Shown one piece after another: positions 53,121 to 64,000 of a stretch of DNA of 64,000 nucleotides. A program made the position numbers and the translations under genes. This stretch comes from Octopus sinensis (Eukaryota). The stretch's first letter is position 1; each line of letters starts with the position of its first letter. The notes below the pieces were generated by a model. It saw only the letters and a program-made list of their open reading frames with translations. It was not told the DNA's origin and made no database searches. The DNA is taken from NCBI RefSeq assembly GCF_006345805.1, contig NC_043021.1:2232001-2296000 (forward strand), written 5' to 3'.

Positions 53121-53242
53121 TTTCCTTTCTCTGCACCCCCTCTCCCTCCCTGCCACCTGCCCTGTCCCCACCCCATAGTAGTTGTTTGGGGGTGGGGACA
53201 GGGCAGGTGGCAGGGAGGGAGAGGGGGTGCAGACAAAGGAAA
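53121..53242. repeat. 54-bp inverted repeat with a 14-nt loop (1 mismatch)
   Basis: Arm 53121-53174 is the reverse complement of arm 53189-53242 except at one position. Confidence 0.95.
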
Positions 53243-53369
53243 CCGTATCCATCACGCCTTAGACAAACCACTTCTGAGTCTGACGCCTGAATTTGTATCC
53301 CATTTCTGGCCCATTTCAGTGGTGCCTTAATTTGCTATCCTTTGTTTTCTTGAGAGATGCTACCCCCAC

Positions 53370-53712
53370 AATATGTGCCTTAATCTCTACATGATTCTCT
53401 TAAAAATGTACTTTAATTATAACCTTTACTCTTAATCTTTAATCCCCCAGAATGTGCTCTAAATTCTACCCAATTCCCTTCAATGTTTTAATCTTAATCC
53501 TTAATCTTCCAAAATCTGCCTTAATTTTTGCCCAATTCTAGCAAGTGTGCTTTAATCTTATTCCATTATCCACCAAAATGTGCCTTAATTTTCACCTGAT
53601 TCACTAAAAGAATATGCTTTAATCTTGAACTGCCTGGAGATTCCTTAATGTTTCTTGCTTCCTTCTCCAAGACATTGCCTTAATCTGTGGTTTTCAAGAT
53701 GTGCTTTAACCC
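53370..53712. repeat. Degenerate ~33-bp tandem repeat, ~11 units
   Basis: The (a)atgtgccttaat(c)t core recurs at ~53375, 53408, 53454, 53483, 53516, 53547, 53580, 53614, 53640, 53675 and 53701. Confidence 0.75.
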
Positions 53713-53931
53713 TTTCTTTACTGTATTTATTTTGAGATGCTCTGTGTTTCATTCAATTAATTTTAGATGTAACAAAGAATTTAGTGAAATAACTTCGTTA
53801 TCATTCAGCTAGTGTTAGGAACATAAATTGTGACTAAGGTTTGGTGGAAGATTTTAATCCCAAACTTATGAAAACAAGACATTTGTACTACAGGGCCAGA
53901 GGCAGTTCCAGCTGGGTTGGTAACAAAAGGG
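53710..53931 (+). mobile_element. MITE family E
   Basis: Flanked by TTAA on both sides (53706-53709 and 53932-53935). Confidence 0.87.
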
Positions 53932-54294
53932 TTAACCCTTTAATATTCAGATTACCCAGCATCAAATGCTTATTGCTTCACATTGTTTTGGATTAATCCT
54001 ACATTATCTCCCAGATTTGAGATTTCGATGTAATTGTTTTTTTTAGAACGACATTAGCCCCTTTCCATACAAATTTCAGGCCTTATGTCTATAATAGAAG
54101 GAAAGAAAAAAAAAAAGGAAGCAACAGAAAATTTCAAAAAATCCACTTGTCTGTGTGTGTATAAGTGCATAAAACCCATCTATTACAACGCATTGTTCCA
54201 CTCCTCTGCAACCCATGTTCAAACACCCTTTAAGTTCATCTATTTATGGTCAGTCAAGTACTATCCCAGGGTTAGTGCATATCTCTCTTTCTCT

Positions 54295-54329
<35 letters not shown>

Positions 54330-55834
54330 TTTGTGTTCTGTCAGATGAAGGATAAGAGGGCTAAAAGAATGCCTCTTTGTCTGATCATGACCACACAGGC
54401 ACTTCAATTAATTACATTAATTAGCAAATCATGATACAACCTACTAAATCATTCTCAATCGTGATAGCCATGATTGGAGACGGTTTTTTTTTTTTAGGTC
54501 AGTGTATGTACAAGGATAGAAATCTGATCTTGGTGGTATGATATTGGTCCACTTGAAATTTTTTTCGTGATTCTCTTCTTGAAAGAGGAGAATGTCATGA
54601 CCCAATAACAAGCTGAAGAATGATAAATGTGGGTGGGGGGTGGCCGTGATTAGCTACTTATTGGATAATAGTTGTCTGTGGGTAGGCCCCACTATATCTT
54701 ACAGCAGGACCTGTCTTGTTTCTCTGGACAAGGCCCACAACATCCTACAACAGAGCCCGCTGTGTATCTCTGGACAAGGTCCACTTATTACTTTATTGCC
54801 CACAAGGGCTAAACATAGAGGGGACAGACAAATGTATTAAATCGATTACATCGACCCCGTAAGGATGAAATGCTAAGTTGACCTTGGCGGAATTTGAACT
54901 CGGAACATAACAGCAGACAAAATACTGCTAAGCATTTCGCCCGGGGCGCTAACGGTTCTGCCAGTTGACCACTTCATCTTAGGACAGGATCTGTTTTGTT
55001 TCCCTGGGCGAGGTCCACTACATCTTAGGACAACCCTCACACTCTGCCTTCAGCTAGGATTACATTATCCTCAGTGTATAAGAGCTCATCTCCTTTTTAG
55101 GATGCTGCAGTGCACGTGTGTGATTTGAGAGAGTGTCGGGCTGTTGTTTGTAGCAGATCAAGCAACTGTGTAAAGGCTCTCCCCTATCCCCTCTTTGGCT
55201 TGGCTGCTCTTACAAGCAAAAGTATGTTCCAGATGCTGACCTTACTCGTGTAACACAGGATGTTAGTTATAGAGAGAGGTCCAACTTCGTATGTTCTGAA
55301 AGATGACCCAGATTCTGATCATTACGCCACACATGCGCACACTCGTGCACGCACGCACTTATGTACGCACGCACACAGACACACACTCTTATACGGGCTA
55401 AAGAAACCCTCAACCTTATATCATTGATGACTCTTATTCACACACAGACTTAGACATTCACTCAGGTTCGCAACAATTTAAAACTTTATGCACACGGGCA
55501 GGGAGCAGGCAGAATTGTGACCCCTTTCTACAAAATGCAGGTGGCTTTTCATCTGGTTTTACATTCCAAGTTCAAACTCTGCTGCAGTCGACCTTGTTTT
55601 GCATCCTTTCAGGGTTCATAGAATAAGTATTTGTTGGACGCTCGGGTCAATTTAATCAATTAGCCCCTTCCAACAAATGCCAGGCGTTGCGCCTATAGGG
55701 AAAGAATTCTTTTTAAAGGTATTAGACAAACACACATAAATGCATGCACACACACACATACACATACCCCCACATAAATACCCATACCTGCACAAACACA
55801 TACAAATGCATATGTAGTCAAGGCTGTCTTAGTG

Positions 55835-56225
55835 GGATTATGGGTCCCCTTGGCAAATCAGTGCGCTGAGCCCTATAGTAATGACAGCAAGCCACAGCAT
55901 ACGTAGCTCAGAATTGGGCCCCTAGATGCATGAGGCACCCACACAAATCAATGCACTGGTCTCTATAGTATTTATTGGTAGCAAGCCAAAGTATACAAAG
56001 ATCAGAATTGAACCCCTAGATCCGTGAGGCCCTTTGGAAAATCAATGAACTGAGCCCTATAGTATTTGACAGCAAACCATTACATAGATCAGACTGAAGC
56101 CCCTAAATCCATAAGGTCCCCAGGCAAGTCAAGGCACTGGGCCCTATAGTATTTATTTGTCAGCAAGCCACAACATACACAGATCAAAATTGCAGCCCCT
56201 AAATCCATGAGGCCCCTGGGTAACT
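55835..56225. repeat. Degenerate ~90-bp tandem repeat, ~4.3 units
   Basis: The anchor c(c/t)ctatagta occurs at 55871, 55961, 56055 and 56142, with cagcaagcca, agatcagaattg and cccctagatcc in register. Confidence 0.85.
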
Positions 56226-56614
56226 GCCTGTATGCTCATGCCTTCAGGACAGCACAGTATGGGACACATGTAGACAGCCATGTAGACTTTCATGTGGACA
56301 GATATCCTTTTTCCACTTTCATGCAGAGACATCTGCACTCAGAACGTTTTCAGGTGGACGCTCGTCCAAATACACTCAGAGAGTAACTACACTTGCACTG
56401 TCACACAAACACACTCCTGTGTTTTCACACAAACACACTCCTGTGTTAACTCGCTCGCACACAAACACACTCTTGTTCGTTTGGAAAAGGAAAAGAAAAA
56501 TGTTCACATCAGTTCTAGTGTGCACACACGCAACACACTCTCCTCAAACACTCATACACATGCAGTCACGCACACACACTCACACTCTCTCTCTCTCTCT
56601 CACACTTAGACATT

Positions 56615-57105
56615 CATAACACATGCTCTCACACAAATACACAGATGCTTTCACACACATGCTCTCTTACACACACACATGCTCTCTCACACACACACAT
56701 GCTCTCTTACACACACACATGCTCTCTCACACACACACATGCTCTCTCACACACACACATGCTCTCTCACACACACACATGCTCTCTCACACACACACAT
56801 GCTCTCTCACACGCACACACACATGCTCTCTCACACGCACACACACATGCTCTCTTACGCACACACACATGCTCTCTTATGCACACACATGCTCTTATAC
56901 GCACACACACATGCTCTCTCACACACATACACACATACGTGCTTTCTCTCACACACACACATACACCCACATGCTCCTACACTCCACTCATTCTCTCACA
57001 CATGCTCTCTTCCTCACACACTCATGCACATGCTCTCTCTCACACACACATGCACACACACACACATTCTCCCTCTCTCTCTCTCTCACACACACACACA
57101 CCCTT
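56615..57105. repeat. 20-bp minisatellite (catgctctctcacacacaca)n
   Basis: Directly visible tandem array, decaying at both ends. Confidence 0.92.
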
Positions 57106-57832
57106 CCAAATTCTTGAGAAAACTCCTTCCACTCAAACCGTTTTCGAGTGCTTAGTGTACACATAACCCAATTAGAAAGAATTACATTCTCTCTTAAAGT
57201 TCATCGTAGTTTAATTAGTAATAATTATTATTGCTTAATGAGCAGAGCATCATTACTAAACCCTGCAGCATGTTACTCACATACCTTAAGATTCTGGGTT
57301 CAAGTACAACCGAGATTGACTTCCAACTTTTTATTTTAGGTTTCAGTGAAGGTGTCTAGCATAGTAGTTAGTGTATTCCGCTCACAATCGTAGGGTCTTG
57401 AGTTCAATTCCCAGCATTGTATCCTTGAGCAAGGTGCTTTATTTCACGTAGTTCCAGTCTACTCAGCTGGTATTACCCCTATTCAGGGGTAATGTTGTTT
57501 TGGTCACTTACACGCCATAGAAACCAGGTTACTAGTCCGAGGAGTCTTCAGCACTCCAGACAGTTGTGAGTCTTGGCACTCAAGACAGCTATGAGTCCTT
57601 ACTCTGTTGCAAGTGATGGTGCTTGACTCAGTGGTTAGGGTATTTAGTTCACGATTGTAAGGTCGTGAGTTCAATTCCCAGCGATGCCTTGTGTCCTTGA
57701 GCAAGACACTTTATTTCACATTGCTCCAGTCTTGTAAAAGAACTCGGAGCGTTGGGCTTCCAGCCAAGTCTTTCATGATACCCTTAAGGCCAGGAACTTT
57801 CCAGCACCCTTTCGTATGTATATACACATACA

Positions 57833-58053
57833 CACAAAGGGCTGCTGAAAAGTTCCTGGCTTTGGGTAAAAGAGGATACAGGATTATCAGTTGATTATTT
57901 TATTGATCTTATTCCCCTCTTAGATTCAAACATTTAATTGCAGTAATCCTTCAGTTTTGTCTAAGCCCTGTAAAAGACCTCAGGATGTTGGGCTTCCAAC
58001 CAGGCCATTTGTGATACCCTTAAAGCCAGGAATTTTTCAGCACCTTCTCGATA
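57833..58053 (+). mobile_element. Tc1/mariner-type MITE family G
   Basis: The TIR pair is gggctgctgaaaagttcctggcttt / aaagccaggaatttttcagcacc, ending near TA. Other copies are at 2146-2378, 9523-9719, 9993-10209, 19801-19880 and 57735-57816. Confidence 0.78.
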
Positions 58054-58405
58054 GTTCAGTGAGCCAGCAGCATTACAGTCTGTGTCATGCTGAATCTCCC
58101 TGAGAACTACATTAAGGGTACGCATGTCTGTGGGGTGCTCAGCCACTTGCGGGTTAATATCACAAGCAGGCTGTTCCGTTGGTGACAACAGTTGGAATGC
58201 TCATTATTGTAACTGACAGTGTGTCAGGCCTATTTTAGGTTGAAGGTGCTGGTGTGGCCATATGGTAAGATGTTTGTTTCCCAACCACAGGGTTCTGGGT
58301 TCAACCCCACTGCATGGCACTTTGGGCAAGTGTCTTCTTTTATAACCTAAAACCGACCAAAGCCTTGTGAATGGATTTGGTAGATGGAAACTTAAAAAAG
58401 GCCCT

Positions 58406-58447
<42 letters not shown>

Positions 58448-59806
58448 CATTTTAGGAACATTGGCTCTTGAGGTACATCACATAAGCTATAATTAAGAGC
58501 ATGTAAATATATTTGGTCGAAAAACACCTTTTCACCTGCAGGGCTTGAACCCACATCGCCTGTTAACTTGGCAGAGGTTACACCATTGGAACAAAACAAT
58601 CCCTTGAATTTCTCCATTCATTTCAGAAACTTTAATCTTACCATTGAGAATTATACAGGTTGGGACAAAAGTCACATTTTATTTATGTTACTATGATTAT
58701 TATTATTTTTATTATTATTTTTAATATTAAGGCAGCAAGCTGGAAGAATTGTTAGTGCAATGGGCAAAATGCTTAGCGGCATATCATTCGTCTTTACATT
58801 TGGAGTTCAGATTCTGCCAAGGTTGACTTATCCTTTAATCCTTTCAGGATCAGTAAAATTAGTACCAGATGAGCACTGGTGTCATAATTGACTTACTCCC
58901 TTCCCTGAAGTTGCTGGCCTTGTGCCAAAATTTGAAATAATTATTATTATTCAAGATAACCTAACTACAACTTGGTTCTGATCAAGCAGATGTTATGATG
59001 AGATGCATTTCAGCTTTCCGAGCGCTCGGCATATAGGGGTAGGGTCAAGAAGGCGTCTTTCTTTTCCATTCCACTCCATATCCCCATGTGCAAATCACCC
59101 AGAAAGGGCCACGTTACACAATATGTTCGTTTCTGAGAATGGACAATGGTTGCAGTAATACTTTGTAGTGAGTTGAGGGGGAATCTTTTCCACATGATAC
59201 AGGCGTGGCTCTGTGGTAAGAAGTGTGCTTCCCGATCACTTGATACAGGGTTCAATCCCACTTACCATGTGGCACCTTGGGCAAGTGTCTTCTACTACAG
59301 CCTCAGGCTGACCAAAGCCTTGTGAGTGGATTTGAAATATGGAAACTGAAAGAATCTCATTGCGTGTATGTGAGTTTGTCCTGCACCACTACTTGACAAC
59401 CTGTGACAGTTTGTTTATGTCCCCATAATTTAGCAGTTTAGCAAAAAGAGAACCAATACAATAAACACCAGACTTATTTAATGAAAAAAAAGTTCTGGGG
59501 TCGATCGGTCTGACTAAACCAGTGGTTCCTAACCAGGGGCCATATGACCCCTCGGATTCCAGATAAGATTGGGTGGGGGGTCACGCAAGCAAAATAGTAA
59601 ATTCATTTGCACTCTCACTTATTCTCAGTCACTCACCCTCATTCTCAGTTACTCACCCTCATTCACACACACTCATTAAGGATCCATGAAAAAAATTTTA
59701 ATTTAGATGTAATTTATAGAAGGGCATGACTAGGTTTCTTTCCCTAATGTTTTACATAGTTCAACTTACACAAGTTAATGTGAGGGGAGCAAAATAGGAA
59801 TTTTTA

Positions 59807-59990
59807 ACCCTTTAGCATTTAAACTGACCATATCAGGCCCAAATATTCTGCCAGTTATATGTTCAAGCTGGCCGGATCCAGCCCTGCAATGTCATTCTAA
59901 AAAATCTCAAAGCTATGAGATAATACAGGATTAATTTTATAAAATGTGAAGATGTAATTCATTTGGCAAAGTAATCTGAATGCTAAAGGG
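59807..59990 (-). mobile_element. piggyBac-type MITE family F
   Basis: The TIR pair is CCCTTTAGCATT / AATGCTAAAGGG, with TTAA on the left. Other copies or fragments are at 13118-13340, 13745-13932, 17850-17925, 40590-40915, 41420-41600 and 53936-54060. Confidence 0.82.
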
Positions 59991-60017
59991 TCAAATCTGG
60001 CCCAAATATTTTAATAT

Positions 60018-60379
60018 AGGCACAGGAGTGGGTGTGTGGTAAGTAGCTTGCTTACCAACCACATGGTTCCGGGTTCAGTCCCACTGCGTGGCACCTTGGG
60101 CAAGTGTCTTCTGCTATAGCCCTGGGCCGACCAAAGCTTTGTGGGTAGATTTGGTAGACGGAAACTGAATGAAGCCCATCACGTGTGTGTATGTGCCTCT
60201 CTCTTTGTGCGTTTGTTCTCCCCCTCAAAAAAAAAAATCATTGCATGACAGCCAGTGTTGGTGTGTTTACATCCTCGTAACTTAGTGATAGAATAAGTAC
60301 CGGGCTTAAAAAGTAAGTCCAGGGGTTTGAATTGTTTGACCGCAGTCAAATGACCGAAACAAGTAAAAGAATAAAAGAG
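60018..60379 (+). mobile_element. SINE family A copy nested in a hAT-type MITE
   Basis: Runs from the head ggcacaggagtgggtgtgtggtaagtagc to the tail gaaacaagtaaaagaataaaagag. Confidence 0.88.
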
Positions 60380-61747
60380 TCCATAGGCAAAAGATGGTTG
60401 AGAAGTGCTGGGCTAAGCCCCCCCCACCCCATGAAGGCAGTGCTCCTGCATGGCCACAGTCCAGTTTACTGAATCAAGTAAAAAGACAGCTGATATTTCC
60501 AGCAAGTCTGTGTGCGCCGTCACAGAGAGAGAGAGAGAAGCCTCCGGAGGTGGCCTCCCTCGTTGGTTGGAGGTGCTGTGGAAGTAAGAGGGTAGCAGTA
60601 ACTGGACTTAAATTGCCTTTTTGCCAGTATTGTTTTTTTATTGTTTTTTGTATTTAGTTTAAATGTCCCCCCCCCCCTTCTGCTTTCCTCACTTCAAGAA
60701 ACTGTTTTCCTCTAAAGTTCAACACAGTCTAAATTTGTCTAACATTTAACATGATGGCAATTAGGAACACTTTGTTGCTTTCTGGGCTTTTTTTTCCTTT
60801 ATTTTCTTCCTTTTTTTAAAAAAAAATTTTTTTTTGTATTTTTGTTAGGTTTTTTTTTTCCACTCATTTATTCCTTTTTATTTGTTATTTATTTTTTTTG
60901 TATTGTTCATTTACACTTTTGTTCTTTGTCTTTTTTTTTATACTTGTTTCAGTCATTAGACTGTGGCCATGCTGGGGCACTGCCTTCAAGGATTTTTTAT
61001 GCAAATAAATCAACCCCAGTATTTTTTATTATTATTTTTTTTTTTTTAAACATTTTTAAAGCCTGTTACTTATCCTATCGGTCACTTTTGCTGAACTGCC
61101 AAGTTACAGGGACATAAACACACATACACACACACACGACAGGCTTCATTCAGTTTCTGTCTACCAAATCCCATTCATTCTGCTATAGAAGACCCTTGTC
61201 CAAAGTGCCATGTGGTGGGACTGAACCCAGAACCATGTGGTTGGGAAGCAACACCAGCTCCTATATAATATTTATGGATTTCTTTGTGGCTTTTTTTTTT
61301 ATTGTGGTGGATAATGAGAGGAAAAGATTTTAAATTTTTACTTCGTACAACCAGTTCTTCTCGACGGTGTTGCCTTTTTTTTACTTTTAATCATTATTTA
61401 AGTTAATAATATTGATTTCAAATTTTGGCACAAGGCCAGCAATTTCAGGGAAAAGGAATAAATGGGATAGCATCAACCCTGGTGCTCAACAGCTACTTAT
61501 TTTATTGGCCCCCAAAAGAATGAAAGGCAAAGCTAACTTTGCTGGAATTTGAACTCAGAATGCAAGGACAAAGTGCTGCTTTGCATTTTGTCCAGTTATC
61601 ATTCAGCTAGTGTTAGGAACATAAATTGTGACTAAGGTTTGGTGGCAGATTTTAATTCAGAACTTACAAAAACAAGACATTTGTACTCAGAGCCAGAGCT
61701 GTTTCAGCCGGGTTGGTAATGAAAGGGTTAAATTAATCATTTGTTAA

Positions 61748-61939
61748 CCCTTTTGTTACCATATTTCTGTTGTGATGCTCTGTTTCCTTCAATTAATTTT
61801 AAATATAACAAAGAATTTAGTGAAATAACTTAGTTATCATTCAGTTAGTGTAAGCAACATAAATTGTGACTAAGGTTTGGTGGAAGATTTTAATTAAAAA
61901 CTTACAAAAACAAGACATTTGTACTCGATAACGAAAGGG
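61748..61939 (+). mobile_element. MITE family E (with an adjacent partial copy at 61595-61730)
   Basis: Ends are TTAA|CCCTTTTGTTACC ... GATAACGAAAGGG|TTTAA. Confidence 0.85.
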
Positions 61940-64000
61940 TTTAATGCAAGTAGAAAATATTTTTTGTAAAAAATGTTATGAACTCTGATGGTCAAAGTAA
62001 TGGGTCACCCACTTTATGCTGTGTTGTTTTTTTTCGTTTTTTTTTCTACACATTATAGACTCAGGTATGGCTCTCTGATAGAAAATTTGCTTTCCAACCA
62101 CATGGTCATGATGGACTGGAGACTGGACTATTTAGACGTGGCCATGTGGATGTGACTGTGGAAATATTCAGCTAACATGTGGCCATTTTGGCCTTTGATC
62201 ATGCTGACCCATGGCCAGGAGCTTTTGCAACCATGACCATCCCAATATATAGGAGTGGCTAAGACCATATTATCTCAATGTGTCCTTCCTTTTTTCATGT
62301 ATGATATGGGGAGGGGAGATTTTTGGTGGTTGTTTCAAGCAAGTTTGAGTGACCCAGGCTGGTTGGATGGAGAGGCTTCACTGTCACTTTTGTCGGCATC
62401 TTGTTGTTCTCGTTGTTGTTGCTTTTGAGAGAGAGAGAGAGAGAGGGCGGAGGAAGGGAGGGAGAGAATGTAACACAATTGGTAAAGATTTGTCACTGAT
62501 TAGTTCAGAGGATAATTTAACACCCGCCGCCACCGCTACCACTCCGCAGCCGTCACCCTCATCTCCTGCCTGGCTCCTTTCTCGGCAGGGGGCAAGGCAG
62601 TGGCAGGGGAAACTTGAATAGCTATTTGTTCTCTCCCCGGGGAGTTTACAAGGGAGCCCTTTCCTCACGCCCTCCTCCACCACCATAAAAATATTACCTT
62701 TCTGGGGCTCCCCTCCCCCTCCAGCTACACCTGTGAGGAAACCAGCTGATTTCATTAGTCAGCTACTTTTCAATGTTGGGTGGGGGTCGGGCTGATAGGG
62801 CGGCGTTTGGGGTGGGGGAGCTAGGCAGGCAGTGTATTAGTTCACAAAGTGTAAAGACCTGTTTGTTCAAGTGTTACGTGCACAAATATACGAGCATGTG
62901 CTAAATGCAGATGCACACACGCATGCAGTGCGTGTGTGCATTCACATGTGTACACACGCACACATTTAGATGTACATGCATATGCACATATATGTGCATA
63001 CACATGGGTTCACATGTACAGATAGTGCATATGCATGCATAAAATATGCACACATGGAAATGGAAACATTCTTTCTTTCTCTCTCCTCCATTCATTCATT
63101 TGCACTCTCACTTATTCTGTCATTCACCCTCATTCACACACACTCATTCACCCTCATTCACACACACTCATTCACCAATGTGCATACAGACACACACACA
63201 TACACAGATATGCATTCACACACTGATGTGCACACACACACACATTCACTAATGTACATACAGACACACACATTCACTTGATGTGTATACACACACACAG
63301 ATGTGCATACACTTATTCACTGATGTGCACGCCTGCACACACACACTCTCACTCATTCATGCATACAGATCCGCTCTTGTATTCTTGACATTCTGAGTTC
63401 AGATTCCTGCTTCAACTGTCAGTTTCTTTGTGGTGGTGGTGGGACAGTGAGACCTTGGGGTTGGTAACCTTTCCATGTCGGGTACCATGACACAGTCACT
63501 GCAACATATATAAATTGGGGGATCTTGCAGGAAGCAGGATAAATGTTAGAACAGATGACGGACCAATCTGTCATTTTTAGATTGTCTCATCGTCATCATT
63601 TTCGTGTCCACTTTTCCAAACTCACTTGGGTCGGGTGGAATTTTGTTGAGGCAGATTTTCTACAGCCCGATGCCCTTCCTGTCGCCAACGCTTATCTGTT
63701 TCCACAAAAGATAGAGATTGAAGGACACTACAAGCGTTTCCAACTATCACACAATGCAAAGGCAAGGGGTCAGTAAAACACACACACACACACACACACA
63801 TTTGCACGGATGCACACATTCATACACACTCACACACAACCACATTTGCAAGCACATGCGCATGCACACACAAACACACAATAGGCTTCTTTCAGTTTCT
63901 GTCTACTAAATCCATTTGCAAGGCTTTGGTAAGCCATGGGTCTTTTGCAGAAGACACTTGCCCCAAGCTACCATGCAGTGAACTGAACCTGGATCCATGT

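Larger units (their letters stand above)
59520..60412 (+). mobile_element. hAT-type MITE split by MITE F and SINE A insertions
   Basis: The left TIR is CAGTGGTTCCTAACC (59520) and the right end is ggttgagaagtgctg (~60397-60411). The body is collinear with the copies at 12650-13045 and 3066-3285. Confidence 0.68.

Noticed and set aside
53370-56225. CRISPR-like repeat-spacer arrays
   Set aside because: This is a eukaryotic context, the units are degenerate tandem repeats with related rather than unique spacers, and there are no cas genes.

Overview
This is AT-rich, microsatellite-dense eukaryotic DNA. The repeat landscape (tRNA-headed SINEs with central (TA/TG)n tracts, TTAA MITEs) looks like an Octopus genome, but the species is an inference. 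The only host coding sequence I can securely identify is an 85-nt + strand exon at 40302-40386 ([28 protein letters not shown]). It is the orthologue of PTEN exon 2 and is preceded by a textbook U12 (minor spliceosome) branch site. I could find neither PTEN exon 1 nor exon 3, so the whole window probably lies in PTEN intron 1 (>40 kb) and intron 2 (>23 kb). The rest is mostly transposon debris: at least five SINE-like families, two piggyBac-type TTAA MITE families, mariner- and hAT-type MITEs, an RTE LINE 3' end, a Helentron-type HINE and a 1.77-kb frame-open Helitron Rep/PIF1 fragment. The long 712-aa ORF is that Helitron fragment fused to SINE/microsatellite sequence, and almost all other listed ORFs are microsatellite artefacts. 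The most unusual observations are a 54-bp near-perfect GC-rich hairpin (53121-53242), a 22-bp perfect fold-back inside a SINE, hammerhead-ribozyme-like cores in Penelope-type tails (one on a tRNA-headed SINE in an inverted pair 550 bp below the PTEN exon), a templated insertion copied from 3.5 kb away, a CpG-rich promoter-like block and candidate nested exons inside the presumed intron 1. Repeat boundaries were read by eye and are approximate (about +/-10-20 nt).
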